From Alphaproteobacteria bacterium (GTDB lineage Bacteria > Pseudomonadota > Alphaproteobacteria > UBA828), in contig CBDCRW010000005.1 of the NCBI GenBank assembly GCA_965221125.1, positions 384,001 through 448,000 on the forward strand: a stretch of DNA of 64,000 bases, given 5' to 3'. Shown here in pieces: positions 52,193 through 61,224 of the stretch (positions are counted from its first letter, which is position 1; each line of letters opens with the position of its first letter). The notes under the pieces are model-generated. The model was not told the origin of the DNA and searched no databases. It was given only the letters and a program-made list of their open reading frames with translations. The translations under genes were made by a program, and so were the position numbers.

Positions 52193-52322
52193 AGACCGAC
52201 GCCGCGCCGCTTGCGATGCGGCAGCGATGATGTATAGTCCGCCGCCTGGGTCTGCCGCCTCGCGGCTGCGGGGCGGGTGGCCTATTACGCGCCGCGACGG
52301 ACATTCAGGAGAACAGCGCCGC

Positions 52323-52895
52323 ATGCCGCTCTACGAGAGCACGTTTATCGCGCGACCCGATATCTCGTCCCAGCAGGTGGACGGCCTTGCCGAGCAGTTT
52401 CGCGAGATCCTGACGGAGGCCGGCGGCGAGATCGCCAAGACCGAGTATTGGGGCCTGCGCAGCCTTGCGTACCGCATCAAGAAGAACCGCAAGGGCCACT
52501 ACTACTTCATGAACATCGACGCGCCGCCGGAGGCGATCGATGCCATGGAGCACACCATGCGCATCAACGAGGACGTCATTCGCTACCTCACCGTGCGGGT
52601 CGAGGAGCACGACCCCAACCCGGCGCCGCTCACGCAGTCGCGCGGACGCGGGCGCGACGGACGCGGCGGGCGTGGCGGCCGCTGGGAAGGCCGGCGCCGC
52701 GAGGACGGCGAAGGCCGGGGACGCGACGAGTCCAGCGAGCGCAAGGAAGCCGCGCCTGCCGAGGCAGCGCCCGCTGATGCAGCGCCTGCCGAAGCCGCAC
52801 CAGCCAAACCTGCGTCTGCCGATGCCGGCGTGAGCGAGCCTGCGGCCGGCGGCGAGGCGGAGAGCGGCGGCGCCGAGGAGAAGAGCGATGGCTGA
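52323..52895 (+). CDS. rpsF: 30S ribosomal protein S6 with a long C-terminal extension
   Basis: [43 protein letters not shown]. Confidence 0.95.
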   Translation: MPLYESTFIARPDISSQQVDGLAEQFREILTEAGGEIAKTEYWGLRSLAYRIKKNRKGHYYFMNIDAPPEAIDAMEHTMRINEDVIRYLTVRVEEHDPNPAPLTQSRGRGRDGRGGRGGRWEGRRREDGEGRGRDESSERKEAAPAEAAPADAAPAEAAPAKPASADAGVSEPAAGGEAESGGAEEKSDG

Positions 52896-53274
52896 AGGCG
52901 AACGGACCGAGAGCGGCCCACCGCTCGCCGGCGCAGGCCGGCCGGGGCCGGGCGGCGGCAGCCGCAGCCAGCATCCCTTCGGCGGACCCCGCCACGGCGG
53001 CGGACATGGCGGCGGCCGCGGCGGGGGCGGCGTGCCGGTGGTCTCATTCCCGAGGCGCCCGTTCTTCCGCCGCAAGAAGTCCTGCCCCTTCAGCGGGGCG
53101 AACGCGCCGAAGATCGACTATCGCGACGTGAAGCTGCTCCAGCGCTTCCTCTCGGAGCGGGGCAAGATCGTGCCGAGCCGCATCACCGCCGTCTCGGCCA
53201 AGAAGCAGCGGGAGCTCGCGCGGGCGATCAAGCGCGCGCGTCATCTGGCGCTGCTGCCCTACGTCATCAAATAG
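52888..53274 (+). CDS. rpsR: 30S ribosomal protein S18 with a Gly-rich N-terminal extension
   Basis: [54 protein letters not shown]. Confidence 0.95.
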   Translation: MAEGERTESGPPLAGAGRPGPGGGSRSQHPFGGPRHGGGHGGGRGGGGVPVVSFPRRPFFRRKKSCPFSGANAPKIDYRDVKLLQRFLSERGKIVPSRITAVSAKKQRELARAIKRARHLALLPYVIK

Positions 53275-53342
53275 CCGGGCAGCCGGTCTTCGCCCGGCGC
53301 CGGTTGAGCGGTGCGGGCGACACCCACGCGGAGAACAGGGGC

Positions 53343-53987
53343 ATGGAAGTCATCTTGCTCGAGAGGATCGAGAAGCTCGGCGGGATGGGCGAAATCGTCG
53401 GCGTGAAGGACGGCTACGCCCGCAACTTCCTGCTGCCGCGCAAGAAGGCGCTGCGCGCCACGCCCGAGAACATGCAGCGCTTCGAGCGCGAGCGCGAGGC
53501 GCTGGAGCAGCTCAACAGCGACCGGCGCGATGCCGCAAGCTCCGCCGCCACCCGGCTAGAGGGCGAGAGCATCATCCTCATCCGCCAGGCGAGCGACACG
53601 CTGCAGCTCTACGGCTCCGTCAGCGCGCGCGACATTGCCGAGGCGATGGGCGAGCGCGGCGCCGAGGTCAGGCGCCAGCAGGTGCGGCTCGACCGCCCCA
53701 TCAAGTCGCTCGGCGTCCATGACGTGCGCATCGCGCTGCACCCGGAGGTGACGGTGACGGTCAAGGTCAACGTCGCCCGCTCGCCGGAGGAGGCCGAGAT
53801 CCAGGCCCGCGGCGGCACGATCCTCGACGACGACGAGGACGCCGCAGAGGGCGCCGAAGCCAAGGCCGCAGCCGAAGCCGAGGACTCGTCGGACGACGAC
53901 ACTGCGGCGGCGGAAGAAGCGGCCGCAGACGCGGACTCGGGCGAAGGCCCTGACGAGCCGCAAGACGAAGGCTCCGCCGGCACCTAG
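53343..53987 (+). CDS. rplI: 50S ribosomal protein L9
   Basis: [36 protein letters not shown]; acidic tail. Confidence 0.95.
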   Translation: MEVILLERIEKLGGMGEIVGVKDGYARNFLLPRKKALRATPENMQRFEREREALEQLNSDRRDAASSAATRLEGESIILIRQASDTLQLYGSVSARDIAEAMGERGAEVRRQQVRLDRPIKSLGVHDVRIALHPEVTVTVKVNVARSPEEAEIQARGGTILDDDEDAAEGAEAKAAAEAEDSSDDDTAAAEEAAADADSGEGPDEPQDEGSAGT

Positions 53988-54011
53988 ACCCGGAACTCGA
54001 GGCTTCCTGCC

Positions 54012-55226
54012 ATGCTTGTCGCGCCCCTGCTCAGGACTCTGATGAAGCGGGGCACGCTTCGCGTGGTCGACGCCAGGGGCAAGCTCCACACCTTCGAAGG
54101 CGAGCCCGGACCCAGCGTCACCATCCGCCTGCACGACCGCTCGCTCCACTGGAAGCTGCTGCTGAACCCGCGCCTCGTCGTCGGCGAGGCCTACATGGAC
54201 GGCACGCTGACGGTGGAGGACGACGCGACCATCCGCGACTTCCTCCACCTGGTCGGCGCGAACCTCCACCTGCTCGACGAGAACGCCGTCATCAAGGCGC
54301 GCAACTGGCTCGCGCAATGGGTCCGCCCGCTGCAGCAGCACAACCCCATCGGCCGCGCCCAGCGCAACGTCGCCCACCACTACGATCTGTCGGACGACCT
54401 CTACGAGCTCTTCCTCGACCCCGACCGGCAGTATTCCTGCGCCTACTTCGACACGCCCAACCACTCGCTGGATCAGGCCCAGCAGGCGAAGAAGCGCCAC
54501 CTCGCGTCGAAGCTGCTGCTCGACCGGCCGGGCCTCGACGTGCTCGACATCGGCTCCGGCTGGGGCGGCCTCGGTATCTACCTGCACAAGGAGGCAGGCG
54601 CGTCGGTGACCGGCCTCACGCTGTCCCGCGAGCAGCAGGCCTTCGCGACCGAGCGCGCGCAGAAGCTCGGCATTCAGGACCATGTCGGCTTCCACCTGCG
54701 CGACTACCGCGAGGACACCGGCAGCTACGACCGGATCGTCTCCGTCGGCATGTTCGAGCACGTGGGCGTCAAGCACTACGTCGAGTTCTTCCGCAAGGTG
54801 GAGCGGCTGCTGAAGGAAGACGGCGTGGCCCTGCTGCACACCATCGCCCGCTGGGACGGGCCGAGCGTCACCAATCCGTGGCTCCGCAAGTACATCTTCC
54901 CCGGCGGCTACTGCCCCTCGCTCTCCGAGGTGTTCGCCGCGCTGGAGCAGACCGGCCTCAAGTCCCTCGACGTGGAGATGCTGCGCCTGCACTACGCCGA
55001 TACGCTCAAGCACTGGTCGCGCAACTTCCAGGCCAACCGCGAGCGGGTGAAGGCGGTCTACGACGAGCGCTTCTGCCGCATGTGGGAGTTCTACCTCGCC
55101 GGCTCCGAGGCCGCCTTCCGCCACCAGGACCACATGGTGGCCCAGATCCAGCTCGCCCGGCGCCAGGACGCAGCGCCGCTGACCCGCGACTACATGGTGG
55201 ATTGGGAGCGCGCCCACGCCGCCTGA
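54012..55226 (+). CDS. cfa: Cyclopropane-fatty-acyl-phospholipid synthase
   Basis: NVAHHYDL, YSCAYF, LDIGSGWG, SVGMFEHVG, KYIFPGG, RMWEFYLA. Confidence 0.92.
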   Translation: MLVAPLLRTLMKRGTLRVVDARGKLHTFEGEPGPSVTIRLHDRSLHWKLLLNPRLVVGEAYMDGTLTVEDDATIRDFLHLVGANLHLLDENAVIKARNWLAQWVRPLQQHNPIGRAQRNVAHHYDLSDDLYELFLDPDRQYSCAYFDTPNHSLDQAQQAKKRHLASKLLLDRPGLDVLDIGSGWGGLGIYLHKEAGASVTGLTLSREQQAFATERAQKLGIQDHVGFHLRDYREDTGSYDRIVSVGMFEHVGVKHYVEFFRKVERLLKEDGVALLHTIARWDGPSVTNPWLRKYIFPGGYCPSLSEVFAALEQTGLKSLDVEMLRLHYADTLKHWSRNFQANRERVKAVYDERFCRMWEFYLAGSEAAFRHQDHMVAQIQLARRQDAAPLTRDYMVDWERAHAA

Positions 55227-55252
55227 GCCGGCAAGCGCCGCAGCCGTGCCGG

Positions 55253-55383
55253 TCACTCACAGCTTGCTCACAGGCGACGTGGCGAAAACACGAGGGTTTG
55301 AACGGTTTTCCCCGTAATTCTGGCCCTGTGAACACGGAAAACGTGCAAAACCGGGTTTCCACGATATCCCCAATTTTCATACA
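55253..55383. promoter_or_regulatory. Cluster of degenerate DnaA-box-like 9-mers upstream of dnaB
   Basis: Seven 7/9 matches to TTWTNCACA within about 130 bp of relatively AT-rich DNA. Confidence 0.4.
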
Positions 55384-55430
55384 TCGAGGCCGCTAACACC
55401 CGGCGTGCGTTTCCGTGTATTACAGTGAGC

Positions 55431-56924
55431 ATGGCGACGCGCGTTCCCCTGCAGGAAGCAACGACCGAGACGCCGGGCTACCGCTCGCCCCCCAGCAACC
55501 TCGAGGCCGAACAGGCGCTCCTCGGCGCGCTGCTGGTCAACAACGAGGCCGCCAGCCTGGTCAGCGCCTTCCTGCTGCCGGAGCATTTCTTCCTGCCGGT
55601 GCATGGCCGCATCTACGACGCCGTCCTCCGCATGATCGAGCGAGGGCAGATCGCCAACCCCGTGACCCTGAAGCACTTTTTCGAGCGCGACGAAGCGCTG
55701 GAGGAGGCCGGCGGCGGGCAGTACCTGGCGCGGCTCGCTGGCTCCGCCGTCACCGTGATCAATGCCGAGCACTACGGCCGCGCCATCCACGACCTGGCGA
55801 TGCGGCGCGCGCTGGTCTCCATCGGCGAGGTGGTGGTGAACGAGGCCTACGACGGGCCGCTCGACCAGCCCGCGACGGAGCAGATCGAGGAGGCCGAGCA
55901 CCGGCTCTACCAGCTCGCCGAGGACGGCCGGGTCGACCCCGGCGGGCAGCAGTTCGCGGCGCCGCTGGCCAGCGCCGTCGAGATGATCGAGCAGGCTTAC
56001 AAGCGCGACACGCCGCTCACCGGCGTGCCGACGGGCTTCGTCGACCTCGACCGCCTGCTGGGCGGCTTGCACGCCTCCGACCTGGTCATCATGGCCGGCC
56101 GGCCCGGCATGGGAAAGACGGCGCTCGCCACCAACATCGCCTTCAACGCCGCGAAGATGTACAGCCCAGGCGACGGGCCGGACGGCAAGAACCCGCCCGA
56201 CGGCGCCAAGGTCGCCTTCTTCTCGCTGGAGATGTCGGCCGAGCAGCTCGCGACGCGTATTCTCGCCGAGCAGACCGAAATCTCGTCGGACAGGCTCAGG
56301 CGCGGCGACGTGCGCGACGTGGACTTCGACCGCATCGTTGCGGCCTGCCGCACGATGGAGAGCCTGCCGCTCTTCATCGACGATTCGCCCGCGCTCACCA
56401 TCGCGGGCCTGCGCGCCCGGGCGCGCCGGCTGAAGCGCCGCCACGGCATCTCGTTGATCGTGGTCGACTACCTGCAGCTCATGCGACCCACCACCAGCCT
56501 GCGGCTCAACAACCGCGTGCAAGAGGTCTCGGAGGTGACGCAGGGCCTCAAGGCGCTCGCCAAGGACCTCGACCTGCCGGTTCTGGCGCTGGCCCAGCTC
56601 AGCCGCGCCGTCGAGCAGCGCGACGACAAGCGGCCGCAGCTCGCGGACCTGCGGGAATCGGGCTCCATCGAGCAGGACGCGGACGTGGTCATGTTCATCT
56701 ACCGCGAGCAGTACTACCTCGCGCGCAAGGAGCCGGACGAGGGCACCGCCGACCACGCCGAGTGGCAGGAGAAGATGGACAAGGTCCACAACAAGGCCGA
56801 GATCATCACCGCCAAGCAGCGCCACGGCCCCATCGGCAAGGTCGAGCTCTACTTCAACGCGCTGCTCACCAAGTTCGACAACCTCGACAGGATCCATGAG
56901 CCGGCGGACGATCCGCCGTTCTAA
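55431..56924 (+). CDS. dnaB: Replicative DNA helicase
   Basis: EAEQALLGA, AGRPGMGKT, FSLEMS, VDYLQL, DLRESGSIEQDAD, KQRHGP. Confidence 0.96.
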   Translation: MATRVPLQEATTETPGYRSPPSNLEAEQALLGALLVNNEAASLVSAFLLPEHFFLPVHGRIYDAVLRMIERGQIANPVTLKHFFERDEALEEAGGGQYLARLAGSAVTVINAEHYGRAIHDLAMRRALVSIGEVVVNEAYDGPLDQPATEQIEEAEHRLYQLAEDGRVDPGGQQFAAPLASAVEMIEQAYKRDTPLTGVPTGFVDLDRLLGGLHASDLVIMAGRPGMGKTALATNIAFNAAKMYSPGDGPDGKNPPDGAKVAFFSLEMSAEQLATRILAEQTEISSDRLRRGDVRDVDFDRIVAACRTMESLPLFIDDSPALTIAGLRARARRLKRRHGISLIVVDYLQLMRPTTSLRLNNRVQEVSEVTQGLKALAKDLDLPVLALAQLSRAVEQRDDKRPQLADLRESGSIEQDADVVMFIYREQYYLARKEPDEGTADHAEWQEKMDKVHNKAEIITAKQRHGPIGKVELYFNALLTKFDNLDRIHEPADDPPF

Positions 56925-57127
56925 AGCGCGTCCGACTTTGACGGACGCGCTTGGCCGCGACAGCGGCCCGCCGCGAATGCGGCGCACATCGCGCGCCCCT
57001 GCGCGCGTGGCCGCGCGACGCGGAGGCGCTGGCCGTCGCGCCGATAGGCGCGCGCAAGCGCACGACGGCCAGCTGCCGTGAGCGATAAAGACTCAGAGCG
57101 TTTCCGTGCAAAACGGACACGCTCTAG
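56922..57127 (+). repeat. Repeat family A, longest form (about 205 bp)
   Basis: Begins at the dnaB stop TAA and ends GCTCTAG; contains all modules plus the branched insert shared with the 11366 copy. Confidence 0.9.
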
Positions 57128-57162
57128 CGGCGCGCTCAACGGCGCGGGCGCGCCGCGGGTCG

Positions 57163-57188
57163 TGACCGTGGCGAGAATTCCGGGCTAG
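57163..57188 (+). repeat. Repeat family B, orphan right TIR
   Basis: TGACCGTGGCGAGAATTCCGGGCTAG compared with TGACCGTGGTGAGAAATGCGGGTTAA at 58347-58372. Confidence 0.65.
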
Positions 57189-57251
57189 AGTCCGGCGCGC
57201 TCGGCGCCGAGTCGAGGATCGGCCCGGAGGCATCATCGACGGATACGCTGC

Positions 57252-58031
57252 GTGAAGAGCAATCCGCTGCAGGCGATCGGCCATGGCGTCCTGGCGCTGT
57301 TCGCGGCCATCGGGCGCCTCTCCCTCTTCGCGATGGAGGCGACCTCGCACTGCGCGCGGCCGCCGTTCTACCCGCGCCTCGTCGCCCGCCAGATGGTGGA
57401 GATCGGCTTCTACTCGCTGCCGGTGGTGGGGCTGACCGGCCTCTTCGCCGGCATGGTGCTGGCGCTGCAGAGCTATACGGGCTTCTCCCGCTTCTCGGCC
57501 GAGAGCACGATCCCCACCGTCGTCGTGCTCTCGATCACGCGCGAGCTGGGCCCGGTGCTGGCCGGCCTCATGGTCGCCGGCCGGGTCGGCGCCGCGATGG
57601 CGGCGGAGATCGGCACCATGCGGGTCACCGAGCAGATCGACGCGCTCACCACGCTGTCCACCAACCCGCACAAGTACCTGATCGTGCCCCGCCTCATCGG
57701 CGGCTTTCTCATGCTGCCGTTCCTGGTCCTCGTCACCGACATCATCGGCGTCGGCGGCGGCTATATCGTCAGCGTCTTCAAGCTCGGCTTCAACCCGGAC
57801 GCCTACATCAACAACACCCTCGAGTATCTGGAGGTCATGGACGTGGTCTCCGGCTTGGTGAAGGCCGCCGTCTTCGGCTACCTGATCGCGCTGATGGGCT
57901 GCTACCACGGCTTCTACTCCAAGGGCGGCGCCCAGGGGGTGGGCAAGGCCACCACCAACGCGGTCGTGACCGGCGCGATCCTGGTGCTGATCTTCAACTA
58001 CGTCATCACAGAGGCGTTCTTCGCCCAATGA
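57252..58031 (+). CDS. mlaE: MlaE family lipid ABC permease
   Basis: RELGPVLAGLMVAGRVGAAMAAEIGTMRVTEQIDAL, GAQGVGKATT.AVV. Confidence 0.93.
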   Translation: MKSNPLQAIGHGVLALFAAIGRLSLFAMEATSHCARPPFYPRLVARQMVEIGFYSLPVVGLTGLFAGMVLALQSYTGFSRFSAESTIPTVVVLSITRELGPVLAGLMVAGRVGAAMAAEIGTMRVTEQIDALTTLSTNPHKYLIVPRLIGGFLMLPFLVLVTDIIGVGGGYIVSVFKLGFNPDAYINNTLEYLEVMDVVSGLVKAAVFGYLIALMGCYHGFYSKGGAQGVGKATTNAVVTGAILVLIFNYVITEAFFAQ

Positions 58032-58076
58032 GCGCGCCTGCCAACGAGCGCGCCGGCGGCGGCGCCAACCGGCCTA

Positions 58077-58369
58077 ACCCGCAATTCTCACCAGGGTCAC
58101 GGCCTGCGTCGCGCCCAGGCGTTCGATCCGCAAGGAGCGGGCCGAAAAGCGTATCGGGGAATACGGTTGAGGCCCGCGACGTCGCGCGGGACGCGCGCGG
58201 AGCGCACGATGCGGGCGGGCGCCTGGGCGCGACCCGAAGGGCGACGCTGTCCGGCCGACAGTGTGCGTCACGGCTCTTGCCCGATGTCCCTGCATCGCGC
58301 TGCGCGCCGTTCCTACCCTGTCGGCCGGACAGCGCCGCGCAGACCATGACCGTGGTGAGAAATGCGGGT
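58077..58369 (+). mobile_element. Repeat family B MITE, complete (293 bp), inserted in the 5' end of mlaF
   Basis: About 23-bp imperfect TIRs ACCCGCAATTCTCACCAGGGTCA / TGACCGTGGTGAGAAATGCGGGT; TA on both sides (58075-76 and 58370-71); internal long stems; no transposase. Confidence 0.88.
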
Positions 58370-59138
58370 TAAGATCGCCCTTCGCGGCCTCAGCAAGACC
58401 TTCGCGGGCCAGGTCGTGCTCGACGGCCTCGACCTCGAGATCGGCACCGGGGAATCGGTGGTGGTCATCGGCTGCTCCGGCGTCGGCAAGTCGGTCATGC
58501 TGAAGTGCCTGCTCGGCCTGCTGCACCCCGATGCCGGCAACGTGACCATCGACGGCGAGGAGCTGGCCCGCGACCGCGCGGCGCGCGAGGCCGCCATGCG
58601 CAAGATCGGCATGCTGTTTCAGAACGCCGCGCTCTTCGACAGCCTGTCGGTGTGGGAGAACGTGGCCTTCGGGCTGATCCAGGCGCACGGCATGGCGCGC
58701 CGCGAGGCCCGGGGCATCGCCATCGAGACGCTGGCCCAGGTCGGCCTCGGCACGGATTCGGCCGATCTCTACCCGGCCGCGCTCTCCGGCGGCATGCGCA
58801 AGCGGGTGGGCCTCGCACGGGCCATCGCGACCCGGCCCGAGATCGTCCTCTTCGACGAGCCGACGACCGGGCTCGACCCCATCATGGCCGACGTGATCAA
58901 CGACCTCATCGTCGCCTGCACCCACGAGCTTGGCGCGACCGCGCTCACCATCACCCACGACATGCGGAGCGCGCGCAAGATCGCCGACCGCATCGCCATG
59001 ATCCACGAGGGCGCGATCATCTGGCAGGGGCCGGCCGGCGAGATCGACAGCAGCGGGAACGCGCACGTGGAGCAGTTCATCAACGGCCGGGCGGAAGGGC
59101 CGATCCGGTTGCCGGCGGCCGATGCCGCGCTCGGCTGA
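58362..59138 (+). CDS. mlaF: MlaF family ABC ATPase (present start lies in the MITE TIR; ancestral start probably 58028)
   Basis: GCSGVGKS, LFQNAALFDSL, LSGGMRKRVGLARA, FDEPTTGLDP, THD. Confidence 0.92.
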   Translation: MRVKIALRGLSKTFAGQVVLDGLDLEIGTGESVVVIGCSGVGKSVMLKCLLGLLHPDAGNVTIDGEELARDRAAREAAMRKIGMLFQNAALFDSLSVWENVAFGLIQAHGMARREARGIAIETLAQVGLGTDSADLYPAALSGGMRKRVGLARAIATRPEIVLFDEPTTGLDPIMADVINDLIVACTHELGATALTITHDMRSARKIADRIAMIHEGAIIWQGPAGEIDSSGNAHVEQFINGRAEGPIRLPAADAALG

Positions 59139-59162
59139 GCCGCCGGCAGGCTGAGGAAACCC

Positions 59163-60548
59163 GTGGCACGGGCGGAAAAGCGCTTCGTCTGCAGCGATTG
59201 CGGCGCTACGCGGTCGCGCTGGGCCGGCCGCTGCGACGCCTGCGGTGCCTGGAACAGCATCACGGAAGAAGCGCCGCGCACCGCGCCGCCGCGCGCCCTC
59301 GGCAAGGGCAAGGGCCGGGTCATCGACTTCCTGCCGCTGGACGGGCCGGGCGGCGTGCTCGCGCGCCGCCCCTGCGGCATCGGCGAGATCGACCGGGTCG
59401 TGGGCGGCGGCTTCGTGCCGGGCTCGGTCGTCCTGCTCGCGGGCGATCCCGGCATCGGCAAGTCCACCCTGCTGCTCCAGGCCGCGGCGGCGCTCGCCGG
59501 GCGCGGCGGGCGGATCGCCTACATCTCGGGCGAAGAGGGGCTGGAGCAGATCCGCATGCGCGCGGCCCGCCTCGGGCTCAGCAGTGCGCCGGTGGGGCTG
59601 GCCGCGGCCATCGACGTCCGCGACATCGCGACCAGCGTGGAGGACGAGACGCCGCCCGACATGGTGGTGATCGATTCCATCCAGACCATGTACCTCGACA
59701 CCCTCGATTCCGCGCCGGGCACGGTCGCCCAGGTGCGGGGCTCGGCGCAGGAGCTGATCCGCCTCGCCAAGCGCACCGGCACGGTGCTCGTGCTCGTGGG
59801 TCACGTCACCAAGGAGGGGCAGATCGCCGGCCCCCGCGTGCTCGAGCACATGGTCGACTGCGTGCTCTACTTCGAGGGTGAGCGCGGCCACCAGTTCCGC
59901 ATCGTGCGCGCCATCAAGAACCGCTTCGGGCCGACCGACGAGATCGGCGTCTTCGAGATGACCGACCGCGGCCTCGTGGAGATTCCCAATCCCTCCAGCC
60001 TGTTCGTCGACCCGGAGCGGGGGCCCGTCCCCGGCGCTGCGGTCTTCGCCGGCGTCGAGGGCTCGCGGCCGGTCCTGGTCGAGATCCAGGCCCTGGTGGC
60101 GCCGGGGCCGGCGGGCTCGCCGCGCCGCACCGTGGTGGGCTGGGATGCCGGCAGGCTCGCCATGGTCCTCGCCGTGCTGGAGGCCCGCGCCGGGCTCCGG
60201 CTCAGCGTCTGCGACGTCTACCTCAACGTGGCCGGCGGCTTGCGCATCACCGAGCCCGCCGCCGACCTCGCGGTCGCCGCCGCGCTGGCCTCGTCGGCGG
60301 CGAACCGGGCGCTCGACCACGGCGCCGTGATCTTCGGCGAGGTGGGACTCGCCGGCGAGGTGCGGGCGGTGAGCCAGGGCGAGGCCCGGCTCAAGGAGGC
60401 GGCGAAGCTCGGCTTCACCCACGCGCTGGCGCCTGTGCCGGACCGCGCCCAAGGCGGCGAAGCGGAAGGGCAGGGCATCGCTATCAGGCGGCTCACCCAC
60501 GTGCGCGACCTGGTGGCGCTCTTCCCCGCCGATGCGCCGCTCGGCTGA
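59163..60548 (+). CDS. radA: DNA repair protein RadA/Sms
   Basis: CxxC..CxxC zinc finger, GDPGIGKST, KNRFG, DVYLNVAGG. Confidence 0.95.
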   Translation: MARAEKRFVCSDCGATRSRWAGRCDACGAWNSITEEAPRTAPPRALGKGKGRVIDFLPLDGPGGVLARRPCGIGEIDRVVGGGFVPGSVVLLAGDPGIGKSTLLLQAAAALAGRGGRIAYISGEEGLEQIRMRAARLGLSSAPVGLAAAIDVRDIATSVEDETPPDMVVIDSIQTMYLDTLDSAPGTVAQVRGSAQELIRLAKRTGTVLVLVGHVTKEGQIAGPRVLEHMVDCVLYFEGERGHQFRIVRAIKNRFGPTDEIGVFEMTDRGLVEIPNPSSLFVDPERGPVPGAAVFAGVEGSRPVLVEIQALVAPGPAGSPRRTVVGWDAGRLAMVLAVLEARAGLRLSVCDVYLNVAGGLRITEPAADLAVAAALASSAANRALDHGAVIFGEVGLAGEVRAVSQGEARLKEAAKLGFTHALAPVPDRAQGGEAEGQGIAIRRLTHVRDLVALFPADAPLG

Positions 60549-60561
60549 CGGGCGCGCGAGC

Positions 60562-61224
60562 ATGGAGAGCCTGCCGGTCAATCTGATCGACATCCTGGTG
60601 GCGCTGATCATCGTCCTCTCGGCGCTGCTCGCCTTCGGGCGGGGTGCGGCGCGGGAAATCCTCGGCATCGGCGCCTGGGTCGGCGCGGGCGTCGCCACCT
60701 TCTTCGCCTTCCCCCATACGCGGCCCATCGCCCGCGACCTCATCCCGGATTCCACGCTGATCGCCGACGTGGTTGCCGGCGTCGCGGTCTTCGTCGTCGT
60801 GCTGGTGATGCTCACAATCGTCAACCAGATCATCTCGGGCCGCATCCAGCGGAGCCGGGGCGGCGCGCTGGACCGCACGTTGGGGTTCATCTTCGGCATC
60901 CTGCGGGGCGCGGCGCTCGTCTGCATCGCCTACATGCTGTTCGCCTCGGTGGTGCCGCAGAGCGACTGGCCCGCCTGGGTCGACGAAGCCAGGACCTTGC
61001 CCTATATCAAGCAGGGCGTCGCGGCGCTGCGCGAAGTGGTGCCCGAGGACGTCGCCGAGGAAGGAACCAGGCACATCGAAGAGACCTTCGAGGACGGCCG
61101 CGAGCGCAGCGTGAAGGAGCTCACCGAGCCGGTGCCGGCCGAGCGCAGCGAAGAGGAAGGCGAGACCGGCTACAGCGACCGCGAGCGCAACCAGCTCGAC
61201 GGGCTGAGCGAGACCGTCGAGTGA
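60562..61224 (+). CDS. cvpA: CvpA family membrane protein
   Basis: RG..RE, LDRTLGFIFGILRG; directly upstream of purF. Confidence 0.88.
   Translation: MESLPVNLIDILVALIIVLSALLAFGRGAAREILGIGAWVGAGVATFFAFPHTRPIARDLIPDSTLIADVVAGVAVFVVVLVMLTIVNQIISGRIQRSRGGALDRTLGFIFGILRGAALVCIAYMLFASVVPQSDWPAWVDEARTLPYIKQGVAALREVVPEDVAEEGTRHIEETFEDGRERSVKELTEPVPAERSEEEGETGYSDRERNQLDGLSETVE

Noticed and set aside
58074-60926. 950-aa minus-strand ORF and many other long overlapping ORFs (e.g. 13134-15275, 38604-40727, 53556-55256)
   Set aside because: They are antisense or alternate-frame shadows of well-supported genes, with Arg/Ala/Gly/Pro-rich composition and no motifs, as expected in high-GC DNA.
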